Shown here: one piece after another, positions 19,329 through 29,139 of the stretch
Layout of the letters: each line of letters starts with the position of its first letter
Position numbering within the stretch: the first letter of the stretch is position 1
NCBI GenBank assembly: GCA_044352465.1
Contig: JBILDU010000007.1
Coordinates: 1 to 53,729 of the forward strand
DNA: 53,729 nucleotides
Source: Bdellovibrionota bacterium
GTDB lineage: Bacteria > Bdellovibrionota_C > UBA2361
Direction of reading: 5' to 3'
The notes under the pieces: model-generated
Seen by the model: the letters and a program-made list of their open reading frames with translations, nothing else
What the model was told of the DNA's origin: nothing
The model's database searches: none
Position numbers and translations under genes: made by a program

Positions 19329-20771
19329 TTATCCAACACTGCCCTCTAAGCTTACCGCGAGGAGCTGCCGCGCCTCGACGGCGAATTCCAGGGGCAACTC
19401 GTTGAAGACCTCCTTACAGAAGCCGTGTACGATCATCGAGACGGCGTCTTCAGTAGAGATGCCCCGTTGATTACAATAAAAAATCTGATCCTCTCCGATC
19501 TTCGACGTGGAGGCTTCGTGTTCCACCTGCGCCGTCGGATTGTCGATCTCCAGGTAGGGGAAGGTGTGCGCCCCACACTTATCTCCCATAAGCATTGAGT
19601 CGCACTGGGAGAAGTTTCGGGCATTGTCCGCGCCTTTAAGCACCTTCACGAGACCACGATACGAGTTCTGCCCCTGTCCAGCCGAAATACCCTTCGACAC
19701 GATGGTGCTCTTGGTATTCTTACCGATGTGGATCATCTTCGTGCCGGTATCGGCCTGCTGCTTATTGTTCGTCACCGCCACTGAATAGAACTCCCCCACG
19801 GAGTTATCGCCCTTGAGAATCACGCTCGGATACTTCCAGGTTATCGCCGAGCCAGTCTCCACTTGGGTCCAAGAGATCTTGGCGTTCTCCGAACAGATCC
19901 CCCGCTTCGTTACGAAGTTGTAGATGCCCCCCCGTCCATCCTTATCTCCGGGGTACCAATTTTGAATCGTCGAGTATTTGATGTGGGCTCCCTTGAGCGC
20001 CACGAGCTCCACTACTGCGGCATGGAGCTGGTTCTCGTCACGCATGGGCGCGGTACATCCCTCGAGGTAGCTCACATAACTCCCCTCATCCGCAACGATG
20101 AGTGTCCGCTCGAATTGACCGGTGTTCTTCGCATTAATCCGGAAATAGGTCGAAAGCTCTAGCGGGCAGCGCACCCCCTTGGGGATATACACGAAGGACC
20201 CATCGGTAAAGACCGCCGAGTTGAGCGCCGCAAAAAAGTTATCGGTGTGGGGCACGACTGCGCCGAGATACTTCTTCACGAGCTCGGGATGATGCTTGAC
20301 CGCTTCTGAGAACGAGCAAAAAATTATCCCGTGCTTTTCAAGTTGAGCTTTATAGGTGGTGATGACCGACACGCTATCAAAGACGGCATCAACCGCCACA
20401 CCGGCGAGCTGCTTTTGCTCGTGCAACGGAATACCGAGCTTGTCATATGTTTTAAGGATCTCGGGGTCGACCTCATCGAGACTCTTTAAGGACTTCTTGG
20501 GCTTCGGTGCGGAGTAATAAATCGTGCTCTGATAATCGATGGGAGGGTAGTTGACGAAGGCCCAATGCGGCTCTTGCATGGTGAGCCACTTGCGATAGGC
20601 CTTCAGACGCCATTCAAGCAACCACTCCGGTTCCTCTTTCTTCGCCGAGATAAGCCGGATGATGTCCTCATTGAGACCTGGAGGAGCCTCATCAGCTTCA
20701 ATGTCGGTGTAGAAGCCGTACTTATAGTCCTGCTTTGTAAAACTCTCTAAAACTTCGGTATCGGTCGCCAT
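19329..20771 (-). CDS. sufB: Fe-S cluster assembly protein SufB
   Basis: [40 protein letters not shown]; start placed at MATDTEV. Confidence 0.97.
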   Translation of the reverse strand: MATDTEVLESFTKQDYKYGFYTDIEADEAPPGLNEDIIRLISAKKEEPEWLLEWRLKAYRKWLTMQEPHWAFVNYPPIDYQSTIYYSAPKPKKSLKSLDEVDPEILKTYDKLGIPLHEQKQLAGVAVDAVFDSVSVITTYKAQLEKHGIIFCSFSEAVKHHPELVKKYLGAVVPHTDNFFAALNSAVFTDGSFVYIPKGVRCPLELSTYFRINAKNTGQFERTLIVADEGSYVSYLEGCTAPMRDENQLHAAVVELVALKGAHIKYSTIQNWYPGDKDGRGGIYNFVTKRGICSENAKISWTQVETGSAITWKYPSVILKGDNSVGEFYSVAVTNNKQQADTGTKMIHIGKNTKSTIVSKGISAGQGQNSYRGLVKVLKGADNARNFSQCDSMLMGDKCGAHTFPYLEIDNPTAQVEHEASTSKIGEDQIFYCNQRGISTEDAVSMIVHGFCKEVFNELPLEFAVEARQLLAVSLEGSVG

Positions 20772-21007
20772 AAACTTGCTTTCTTTCCCGACGTTATCCG
20801 TTGAGCTGCCCTCGCCGTATGGAACGACGGCAAACCGACTTCCTACAGACTCGTTCACTTGCCATTACTTCGAGCACCCTCCAAGACACCAGCAACTACC
20901 GCTAGGTCCCAGCGAACAGAGTTTGGCACGCTCTGCGAGCCTAATCATCTATTCACCCCCAACAGCAAATAGAGCTAGAATATTCAGCGTCTTATACACG
21001 ATGGTCA

Positions 21008-21032
21008 ATTCTTGAGCAACTTACTCAAGTAT
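21008..21032. promoter_or_regulatory. IscR/Rrf2 type-1-like operator upstream of sufBCD
   Basis: ATTCTTGAGCAACTTACTCAAGTAT, containing the CTTGAG-N7-CTCAAG palindrome; the minus strand matches 20/25 positions of ATASYYGACTRwwwYAGTCRRSTAT. Confidence 0.65.
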
Positions 21033-21146
21033 ACGTAAGTTCGCGCCTTTTGAAAATCAATAGCCCACCAAAGATTTCAAATATTTACACCACTAAAACA
21101 AACGAATTCGCTTCCCTCTCGTAGCCTAAACACAACACCGCCCCAT

Positions 21147-21246
21147 GACCTCCGAGTCTCAGAGACCTTGCGTAAGCAATATAAGCGACTTGGGCCGACC
21201 TCCGAGTCTCAGAGACCTTGCGTAAGCGATATAGAGGAGCTGGGCC
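21147..21246. repeat. Two-copy 50-bp tandem repeat
   Basis: GACCTCCGAGTCTCAGAGACCTTGCGTAAGC (31 nt identical) at 21147 and 21197; both units end in TGGGCC. Confidence 0.9.
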
Positions 21247-21520
21247 GCGCCGAGAATCAGCGACGAGGGCGTGCGCGATTAAGGGCGAGGAACGAGCCTA
21301 CCCAACTCTCGGGGGTACCATAAGGGCTCCAGAAAGCGCAGGGATGTCCGTGCAAATTCGGAGCCCGTGCAAAACGTCTCCGCGGAGGACAATCACTCTG
21401 GAGAGGGTCCCCACGGCCAAATTTCATAGCGCCCGAAGTCAGTCTGTTGAAATACCAATGAATAGATGAGCGCTCGATCGGCAATTTACGATACCATCAG
21501 CGGAAATCTCCGGCCAAACG

Positions 21521-23227
21521 ATGCTCCCCTTTAGCACCAAGACCATCACCCCGCTCCCCCTACCGTGGCACGCCCTAGCCCCCCGGCAGATCTTTGCTGC
21601 ATGGCTGAGCTCTCGGTGGATGGCCTACGCGATTGGGGTGGTAGCGATGCTCATCACAAATTTGACCGAGGTGGCGATACCGAAGATCACCGAGCGAGTT
21701 ATCGACCTCACCGTCTCAAGCTCAGCGCAGCGAGAGCCGTTCCGCACTCTCCTCATCGCTCTGCTGCTCACCCTTCTGGCTCAAGCTCTGGGGCGACGCT
21801 ATTGGCGCCTCAGCCTTGGTCAAGAGACTCACCGCGTGGCCGCAACCCTTAAAGAGTCGGTGTGGCTCCGAGCCCGCTATTTCCCCCGTGACCGGCTCGA
21901 ACGCGACCTCACTACCGGTGCGCTCATGAACGTAGCAACCGGCGACGTGTCGAATGCGCGACTCATCTTCGGTTGGACCCTCATCGGGATCTTCGATTTT
22001 CTTTTTCTGACGGTATTTGCGGCTATCGCGATGACGCAGATCGACCCCGTCATCACGGCGCTCGCATTTGTTTCTTTCGCCGCGCTCCCCGCTCTCACTT
22101 TTCGAGCCGCTCAAGAGGAGTACAAACGTCACGAGGCCGCCCAAGTAGAGCTCGGTCGACTCAACGACCTCGTCGCCCAGGCGGTGAGCTCAATAAAACT
22201 CCAACGACTCTCGCAAAGCGAACCTTTTTGGACAGAGCGTCTGATGCTTCTGGCCGAGCGATACCGCCTCAAAAGACTCGCGGTCATCGATACGATGCTG
22301 CGCTTCATTCCCCTGACGGGCATCCCCGCCCTCTTGAGTCAGGCGATTCTTCTCCTTATCGCCATCCCCGCGGTACTGGACGGGTCGATGTCCATCGGAG
22401 AGTTTGTAGCCTTGCAAGGCTACATCGTTTTGATTCAAGGCCCCCTCTCTCAACTGGGAATTCTCGTTTCAGAGTGGCAACGTGGTCGCGCAAGTCTCGC
22501 CCGCGTCAGCGCAGTGCTGACCACCCCAGCCGCACCAGGATTTGAGGGAGTGGCTCCTCACGCCATGAACCCCTCTCTCCAGAGCGCTGCTGTCTTTTCG
22601 ATACGCAACCTCGAGTTCCGCTACTCCGACGCACCGAATCCGGCGATCCAGCGATTCTCCATCGAGATAGCCTCGGGTGCCCGCATCGGCATCACCGGCG
22701 CAGTCGGCAGTGGCAAGACAACATTCCTCCAGATACTCGCTGGCAATGAACGCCTGTTTCAAGGCGAGGTCCTCCTTCACGGACGGGATATTCGGAGTTA
22801 CTCGCACGAAGAATTGAGCGCAATCATCGCTCTTGTCGAGCAGCGCCCCTTTCTCTTTGCCGAAACTATCCGCCGCAACGTACTCCTCAATCGAGCGGCG
22901 AGCGATGCAGAGGTTCACCGCTTTCTCGAAGCAGCGGGCCTGGCCGATGACGTCGCTCGCCTGCCGCGTGGCCTTGAAACACCGCTCGGGGAATGGGGCG
23001 TTAACCTCTCCGGGGGCCAGAAGCAGCGCCTGACGATCGCGCGAGCTCTGGCAAAGAACCCCCAGATTCTCCTCCTCGATGATTGCCTCAGCGCAGTTGA
23101 TGTCGTTACCGAGGAAAAGATCCTCGCGAACCTCGATCGCCTCCTCCCGAATACCACCATCATCTGGGTAGCTCATCGACTATCGACACTGCGACTGTGC
23201 TTCCCGATCGTGAGGTTTGGAACATGA
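21521..23227 (+). CDS. ABC exporter, fused TMD-NBD subunit 1
   Basis: GAVGSGKT, LSGGQKQR, LLLDDCLSAVD, AHR. Confidence 0.93.
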   Translation: MLPFSTKTITPLPLPWHALAPRQIFAAWLSSRWMAYAIGVVAMLITNLTEVAIPKITERVIDLTVSSSAQREPFRTLLIALLLTLLAQALGRRYWRLSLGQETHRVAATLKESVWLRARYFPRDRLERDLTTGALMNVATGDVSNARLIFGWTLIGIFDFLFLTVFAAIAMTQIDPVITALAFVSFAALPALTFRAAQEEYKRHEAAQVELGRLNDLVAQAVSSIKLQRLSQSEPFWTERLMLLAERYRLKRLAVIDTMLRFIPLTGIPALLSQAILLLIAIPAVLDGSMSIGEFVALQGYIVLIQGPLSQLGILVSEWQRGRASLARVSAVLTTPAAPGFEGVAPHAMNPSLQSAAVFSIRNLEFRYSDAPNPAIQRFSIEIASGARIGITGAVGSGKTTFLQILAGNERLFQGEVLLHGRDIRSYSHEELSAIIALVEQRPFLFAETIRRNVLLNRAASDAEVHRFLEAAGLADDVARLPRGLETPLGEWGVNLSGGQKQRLTIARALAKNPQILLLDDCLSAVDVVTEEKILANLDRLLPNTTIIWVAHRLSTLRLCFPIVRFGT

Positions 23228-25104
23228 ACGGGGCAACAACACCGCACGGATACCTCGACGAGGATATCATTCCCATGGCTGAGCGCGAGAGCGCCTCACT
23301 CGGCACACTGCTGAGATTCGCGCGAGCGGATCGCAGCGCCTTCATCATCGCATTGCTGCTGCTCCTCCTCTCCGCGACCGCCACCATGGTGACGGCGATT
23401 ACGATCGGTACCCTGGTTGAGCAGGGGCTTTTGAACCGGGATTTGTCACAGTGCATCACCCCAGCGATACTCACTATCGGCCTTGAGATTATTGCGCTGT
23501 CTCTCGGGTATCGCGGCCGTCGGATACTCGCCGAGGCCACCTCACGCTCGATCCTACGCATCCGTGAGGCACTTTTTCATCACATCCATCGCCTACCGTT
23601 GAGCTACTACGATCGCCAACCTCTCGGGCGAACGGTGACCCGAATCAGTCACGACGTCGAGAGTCTTGAGACCTTTTTTAGCGGAAGCCTCAGCCGACTT
23701 GTGCTCACTTCGATGCTGATCGTCCTCAGCCTTGCGGCGATGCTCGCTACCGATCCGACGCTCGGTGCCCTTCTTGTTACCCTCGCGCTTCCCGCGCTCA
23801 TCCTCACCGCTGGCACCCGTTTCCGAGCCCGTGACCTCAATCGACAGATGACCCGCACGAACAGCGCCATCAATGCGAAACTTGCCGAGTATCTCAACGG
23901 GATCTCGGTCATTCGCTCATTCGGCCTCGAACAGTGGAGTGGCGGGGAATTCCACCGCGCCGTGGAGCGCTACCTGAGCACCTGTATCAACACCAACCGC
24001 TTCTATTCCTGGCTCCGACCGGTCGCCGAGTTCCTGTGTCAACTGCCCCTGGTCGGCCTCCTTTGGTTAGGGGGGCACGCAATCCTCGCAGGAACCATGT
24101 CTATCGGAGTGTTTGTTGCGCTCGTACGGTACTGTCAAAAATTCTCTGGTCCCATCACCGAGCTCTCGCGCGAGATCCAAGCGATCCAAGAGGCGCTGAC
24201 GACCTGCGAGCGGGTTGGGTCGTTCCTGAACGCTCGAACCGAAGAGTGCGAACTCGGCCCTGACGGCAACGTCGAAGCGGTTGACCTGCGCGGCACGATC
24301 GAATTTCGGAATGTGTCGATGGGATACACAGCCACCGAGCGAATCCTCTTGAACCTCTCGTTCTCAATACCGGCTGGCTCCACCGTTGGGCTCGCGGGGC
24401 CCACCGGCAGCGGAAAGACTTCAACCGTCTCTCTCCTCGCGCGACTCTATGAATTCCAAGAGGGGGAGATTCTCATCGATGGGATCCCGCTCCGCGCCTT
24501 TCGGCGCTCGAGTCTACGGGACGCAATCGGTTTCGTCTCCCAAGATGTCACTATTATCGCGGGCACCATCGCCGACAACATCGCGAACGGCAGGAGCTAC
24601 CCCCGCATTGCGCTCGAGCATGCGTGCTCCCAGACTGGGCTCACCGACGTCCTCAAGAGATCGGGCCGGACGGTCGACTCCCCGGTGCTCGACCGCGGCA
24701 CAGATTTGAGCGAAGGAGAGAGACAACTGATAGCGCTAACCCGGGTTCTCGTGGCAGCTCCCACCATCCTCATCCTTGATGAGGCGACTGCACATATCGA
24801 CCCCACCCTCGAGCTCATCGTCCACCAAGCGATCGAGACGGTGATGCGCGGGCGGACCTGTCTCCTCATCGCTCACCGACTCGCTACATTGAAAAACTGC
24901 TCGACTGTCCTTGTCTTTGAAGCCGGCAAAATCGTCCGGTCAGGATCGCCCCAAACCGTCTTAGACCACCCGGTCCAGCTTCCGGGAGACACTCCATCAG
25001 CCATCACAGACCCCGCATCTCTGGCACATCACCGGCCGAGCCAGCCGCCCCTTGAAGACGGCGCCCCCGACCCCATGGAGAGAATTGTCGGCGAAGAATC
25101 GTGA
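23224..25104 (+). CDS. ABC exporter, fused TMD-NBD subunit 2
   Basis: GPTGSGKT, LSEGERQL, ILDEATAHID, AHR; ATGA overlap with subunit 1 suggests a heterodimer. Confidence 0.93.
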   Translation: MNGATTPHGYLDEDIIPMAERESASLGTLLRFARADRSAFIIALLLLLLSATATMVTAITIGTLVEQGLLNRDLSQCITPAILTIGLEIIALSLGYRGRRILAEATSRSILRIREALFHHIHRLPLSYYDRQPLGRTVTRISHDVESLETFFSGSLSRLVLTSMLIVLSLAAMLATDPTLGALLVTLALPALILTAGTRFRARDLNRQMTRTNSAINAKLAEYLNGISVIRSFGLEQWSGGEFHRAVERYLSTCINTNRFYSWLRPVAEFLCQLPLVGLLWLGGHAILAGTMSIGVFVALVRYCQKFSGPITELSREIQAIQEALTTCERVGSFLNARTEECELGPDGNVEAVDLRGTIEFRNVSMGYTATERILLNLSFSIPAGSTVGLAGPTGSGKTSTVSLLARLYEFQEGEILIDGIPLRAFRRSSLRDAIGFVSQDVTIIAGTIADNIANGRSYPRIALEHACSQTGLTDVLKRSGRTVDSPVLDRGTDLSEGERQLIALTRVLVAAPTILILDEATAHIDPTLELIVHQAIETVMRGRTCLLIAHRLATLKNCSTVLVFEAGKIVRSGSPQTVLDHPVQLPGDTPSAITDPASLAHHRPSQPPLEDGAPDPMERIVGEES

Positions 25105-25182
25105 GCATGCATCCCAAAGAAATCAAGACGGAGACGAATCCCGTTTTCAGAGATTTTCTCCACCGAAGCAGACGAGTGCCTC

Positions 25183-26016
25183 TCATTTGCTCTTGGCAAG
25201 TTCAGCCAACTCGCGACACCGCTCGTCAGCCCGTCGCATCCCCGCTTGCAATATCTTTCCGAGATAGCCCCTTTCAAATACCTCAAGAGCAGCGGCCGTT
25301 GTTCCACCTCTCGAGGTGACCATCGCTCGAAGCTCCTCCGGTTCGAGCTTCGACTCACGCCACATGGCGATTGATCCGGCGACCGTCTGGGCAACAAGCA
25401 CATCTGCTTCTTCACCCGAGAAACCAAGCTGCTCTGCGGCACGTACCATATGCTCGATGAGGTAAAAAATATACCCTGGCCCTGACGCCGAAACAGCGGT
25501 CGCTGCGTCGATGAGCCCCTCGCTGGTGACTTCGAGCGCCACGCCGATCCCCTGGAGTAATCGCTCAATCACCTCGGCGTGAGGGGGAGGCACCCCCGGC
25601 CCCTGAAACCACACACTCATGCCCGCGAGGATCGTGGAGTTAATGTTCGGCATCACTCGAACAAAGGTCGGTCCCTCTCCAAGTGCTGTGGCCAGATCAG
25701 CCAAAGGCACCCCGGCGAGGAAGGAAACGATCGTTTGACCCGGCCGCATCAGTTGACGCAACTGTACTGCAGCCGCAGCGAAATCCTGAGGTTTCATCGC
25801 CAGAAAAACAAGCTCACACTCTCGGATCTTCGCTTGCTCAGTCACAACGTTCCACCCGCGTACACCTTGCAGGTCGTTCACTTTAATCGCGTCCCGTTCG
25901 ATGAGTACTAACTGTTCAGGCAGGAGGAGGCTCTTCGTAAGCCAGGCACGCGCACAAGCACCGCCCATGTGACCAACACCAACGATTCCAACTAATCCTT
26001 CGTATTGCACACTCAC
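25183..26016 (-). CDS. proC: Pyrroline-5-carboxylate reductase
   Basis: GVGHMG, AMKPQ, RVMPN, SASGPGY, VTSRGGTT. Confidence 0.93.
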   Translation of the reverse strand: MSVQYEGLVGIVGVGHMGGACARAWLTKSLLLPEQLVLIERDAIKVNDLQGVRGWNVVTEQAKIRECELVFLAMKPQDFAAAAVQLRQLMRPGQTIVSFLAGVPLADLATALGEGPTFVRVMPNINSTILAGMSVWFQGPGVPPPHAEVIERLLQGIGVALEVTSEGLIDAATAVSASGPGYIFYLIEHMVRAAEQLGFSGEEADVLVAQTVAGSIAMWRESKLEPEELRAMVTSRGGTTAAALEVFERGYLGKILQAGMRRADERCRELAELAKSK

Positions 26017-26031
26017 TCCGGTATCGTCCCG

Positions 26032-26316
26032 TTACGCTTTCCCACGCTCCGCATTTTCAACTTCAACGACCGTTCCCTCTTTGAGATTAAGGAAGGTCAG
26101 CATCTGATCGACCAACGTCTGGTAGTCCTTCGGGTCAGCCATATTGAGTCGATATTCGTTCAGCACCTTGATCTGTAGATCATCCCGCCACGCTGACCAT
26201 GCCTGCGCCGAGATCTCATTAAAAATTTTCTGTCCAATTTCACCGGGGAACGGGGGCTTCTCGAGGCCGGGGAGCTCCTTTCCGAACTTACGGCACTTCA
26301 CCACGCGCTGCGACAT
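26032..26316 (-). CDS. yggX: Fe(II)-trafficking / oxidative damage protection protein
   Basis: VKCRKFGKELPGLEKPPFPGEIGQKIFNEISAQAW...NEYRLN. Confidence 0.9.
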   Translation of the reverse strand: MSQRVVKCRKFGKELPGLEKPPFPGEIGQKIFNEISAQAWSAWRDDLQIKVLNEYRLNMADPKDYQTLVDQMLTFLNLKEGTVVEVENAERGKA

Positions 26317-26554
26317 AACACCTCTATATTATTGCTTTTTTTCACCAAAACGGCTCCTCCGTTTATCCCCTACTACCTCAAAAAAAGCAACTGAGACCGG
26401 TATTTTACATAAAAGCGACATTCTTTTTACAAAGCTGTGACACATCGGCTCGCTCAACCTGGCACATTCGTTTCCAAGATCGCGGTGCAGAGGAGTTCGG
26501 CACCACGATCGACTCGTAGAAGAGGTAAACGGAAACGACGAACAAGAGGGTGTT

Positions 26555-27205
26555 ATGAGCGATCTGCGAACCGATATCGAGCTAGTGGCTGCCCTACAAA
26601 ACGGTGAGCAACCTGCCTTCAGCGAGCTACTCACTCGGTACACCGAAAAGGTCAACAACCTCGCACTCCGGATTACCCGGAACCAAGAAGACACCGAGGA
26701 GATCCTTCAAGATGTCTTCGTCACCGTCTTCAAAAAGATCGACCGCTTCGAGGGCAAGTCAGCGTTCTCAAGCTGGCTCTATCGGATTACCGTCAATACT
26801 GCGTTCATGAAACTGCGCAAACGGAAGCAAACCCAGGCCGTGTCGCTCGATGATGTCGGTGATATGGCTCAGGAGAGCTTCTCGGGCAAGCGCAGCGACA
26901 CCTCTGACGTCAATTTTATCTCGTCCCGACACGAGCTCCGTTCCCAACTCGATCAAGCTATCGAGAATTTACCGGAAGAGTATAAGGCGATCTTCATCCT
27001 TCGGGATGTGGATGGTCTTTCGAATCAAGAGGTGGGCGAGATCCTCAATATCTCCGTCCCGGCCGTGAAGTCCCGTCTCCACCGCTCACGCTTGATGCTG
27101 CGCAAGAAGCTCCAGAAGTTCTACGACGATTACAGCACCGAGCAGATCTTCTACGGGAAGAACAAAGGTGAGGCGAGCGAGATGGTATACCTCAAAGCCG
27201 CCTAG
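26555..27205 (+). CDS. ECF sigma-70 factor (RpoE/SigW-like)
   Basis: QDVFVTVFKKIDRFEGKSAFSSWLYRITVN (region 2); LSNQEVGEILNISVPAVKSRLHRSR (region 4). Confidence 0.93.
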   Translation: MSDLRTDIELVAALQNGEQPAFSELLTRYTEKVNNLALRITRNQEDTEEILQDVFVTVFKKIDRFEGKSAFSSWLYRITVNTAFMKLRKRKQTQAVSLDDVGDMAQESFSGKRSDTSDVNFISSRHELRSQLDQAIENLPEEYKAIFILRDVDGLSNQEVGEILNISVPAVKSRLHRSRLMLRKKLQKFYDDYSTEQIFYGKNKGEASEMVYLKAA

Positions 27206-27240
27206 AGATGGCGTCCGTGAAGTCGTCGACACCTCTGACC

Positions 27241-27280
27241 AGAGAACGCCCCGAGCTTAACCCTCGGGGCGTTCTCTTTT
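27241..27280 (+). terminator. Rho-independent terminator
   Basis: AGAGAACGCCCCGAG-CTTAACC-CTCGGGGCGTTCTCT-TTT, a perfect 15-bp stem. Confidence 0.85.
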
Positions 27281-27451
27281 GCTCGCCTCGGAGCGATTCA
27301 ACTCTCGACCAAAGCCTAATTTGAAACCACCCCTCCGGGAGCGCTCACGCCACGTTGCGCAAAGGTGATGCGGAACCACTGAACGAGTCCCACGGCGGGG
27401 ACTCGTTCAGTATCGCCCGAGTAGAGTTGTCAAAACTCTCTACACACCCCG

Positions 27452-28558
27452 TTAGAACCAATACGACAAGCTCGCACGGATACGGTCGGTTATCACCGTC
27501 TGTACACCTGTATTATTTATGTCGATCGGCTTCTCCCAGACGAGCCCAGCCCGCCACGCACCATGGGTCACCCGAAGCTCCGGTCCGATAAAGATCGACC
27601 GGATCGCCGTGTCATCGAGGTCGGCACCAGCTATCGAATCTTCCCGTTTATACTCGCCGGAAAGATCCACTGCGAGGCTCACCGTCGTAGCGTGTTCACT
27701 GACGAGATACACCCCCGGCGAAAAGCTCCACAGTAGGTCGTTCGCATACCGATAATCAAAATCGCCCTCGGTACGGAGAAGATATTGAATCTCCGCGTGG
27801 GCGAAGAACCGGTCGTACTGCCCGAGCAATGCGAGTCCCAGTGGAAAGTCGTATGAACCGCTACCCAGTGCCAGGTCGTGGCCGTGCACCGCAGTCGCCA
27901 CCTCACCTCCACCGTGGTGGTGATCGTCGTGGTTATCCATCGGCGCATCGACAGGTTCGAGCTCGCTGTGCTCTCCGGAGCCATCGTCCGAGGCTTCATC
28001 TCCATGCTCCTCCCCAGCATGCTTGAGAGAATGACTATGGTGATGATCCTCGCCAAACTCCTCCCCGATCCGGTCGCTATCGCCTGTCGGAAGCTTGATA
28101 CCACCGAAGAAGCGACCAACGACGGTCCAGTCGGCTCCCCGTTCATCGAGAACGATCGCCTTGCCTAACAGGGTGAGGTCCCCGATACCGGCCTCGACTC
28201 CACTCTCGATCTCGCCCCCCTCGGCGCGCCGATAGTGCCGACTGATATAGGGGAGATTTATCTGGAACGAATAACGCGGCGAGATATCGTACGCGCCAAC
28301 CATCTGGGTAATCGAGCTCGCCATATGCTGATTCGCCGGATCGTCGTAGACGTGGCTATCTTCCTGAACCTTTCCGAAATAGGAAAACTGTTCCGCCACA
28401 CTCAACCGCACCGCACCGGACATCGGCTTATCGGTCGAAAGCTCGTTAAAGATAGCGCACAGATCACACGCTGCGGCGCTCCCCACAAATCCACCCAAAT
28501 ACACGACCAGAGCAAAGGCCCCTTGGCGAAGCCCCATAATATAAGATTTCATAACCAT
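27452..28558 (-). CDS. Outer-membrane beta-barrel transporter (MetA-pathway-like) with His-rich loop
   Basis: Signal peptide then AAA-CDLC; GIGDLTL, GIKLPTG, LGSGSYD motifs; C-terminal aromatic residues (SLSYWF); 13-His acidic insert. Alternative starts 28552 and 28537. Confidence 0.78.
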   Translation of the reverse strand: MVMKSYIMGLRQGAFALVVYLGGFVGSAAACDLCAIFNELSTDKPMSGAVRLSVAEQFSYFGKVQEDSHVYDDPANQHMASSITQMVGAYDISPRYSFQINLPYISRHYRRAEGGEIESGVEAGIGDLTLLGKAIVLDERGADWTVVGRFFGGIKLPTGDSDRIGEEFGEDHHHSHSLKHAGEEHGDEASDDGSGEHSELEPVDAPMDNHDDHHHGGGEVATAVHGHDLALGSGSYDFPLGLALLGQYDRFFAHAEIQYLLRTEGDFDYRYANDLLWSFSPGVYLVSEHATTVSLAVDLSGEYKREDSIAGADLDDTAIRSIFIGPELRVTHGAWRAGLVWEKPIDINNTGVQTVITDRIRASLSYWF

Positions 28559-28813
28559 GATTCTTTTAATAAACGCCGTTGCCCGCTTGAACGGCAAGCA
28601 ACTCGCGCTGAACACAAACATTGAAAACGAACTTAACGAAAAGCGCGTAACGCAATACTCGCGAGGGTGCAAGACCTTCGACGTGAGATTGAGGCCTCAA
28701 GGCGTTCGACCGAGTCATCGTCATAGCTCGGCGACGGCTTCAGTCTGATCCTGTCTCTTCCTCGAACTCTCCCGTATCCGGTTAAGCTCGCCCCGAAGTC
28801 ATTTGGTTACGTG

Positions 28814-29125
28814 CTAAACCACGCGAGCGAGAGGCGGTGCGCGCACATCAACGCTGGGGACATAAATCTGCTGATAGGAATCGGGGGCCTCAACAACACG
28901 GGCGAGGGCAACGAAGCTCGGCGCTGGTGCTTCAATCGGCGGGGATAAAAGCGTGACCTGCGCAAGGAGCCGCAACTCTCCAAACGGACACTTCTTCGCG
29001 GCCTGCTCGACCGGCTTCTTCTCATGACAGCGACAGTGCGACGTCGGGATGCGCGAAACGACAGCGATGTAGACCGCGAGAACTGCGACAAAAGCCCGAA
29101 ATATGTGGTTAGCCCGAGCTACCAT
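28814..29125 (-). CDS. DUF2946-like leader protein with RAPP arrest motif
   Basis: Hydrophobic N-terminus, HCRCH and KCPF, Pro-rich linker, C-terminal VRAPPLARVV*; directly upstream of the transporter. Confidence 0.7.
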   Translation of the reverse strand: MVARANHIFRAFVAVLAVYIAVVSRIPTSHCRCHEKKPVEQAAKKCPFGELRLLAQVTLLSPPIEAPAPSFVALARVVEAPDSYQQIYVPSVDVRAPPLARVV

Positions 29126-29139
29126 AATCGTGCAACACC

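Noticed and set aside
21147..21246. CRISPR array
   Set aside because: Only two units, the variable part is under 20 nt and similar between units, and there are no cas genes.
26460..26474. Sigma-54 promoter before the ECF sigma gene (TGGCAC-N5-TTTC)
   Set aside because: The invariant -12 GC is missing.
28807..29091. Alternative 94-aa Arg-rich ORF over the RAPP leader
   Set aside because: Low-complexity off-frame translation; the overlapping frame has the signal, Cys and RAPP features.
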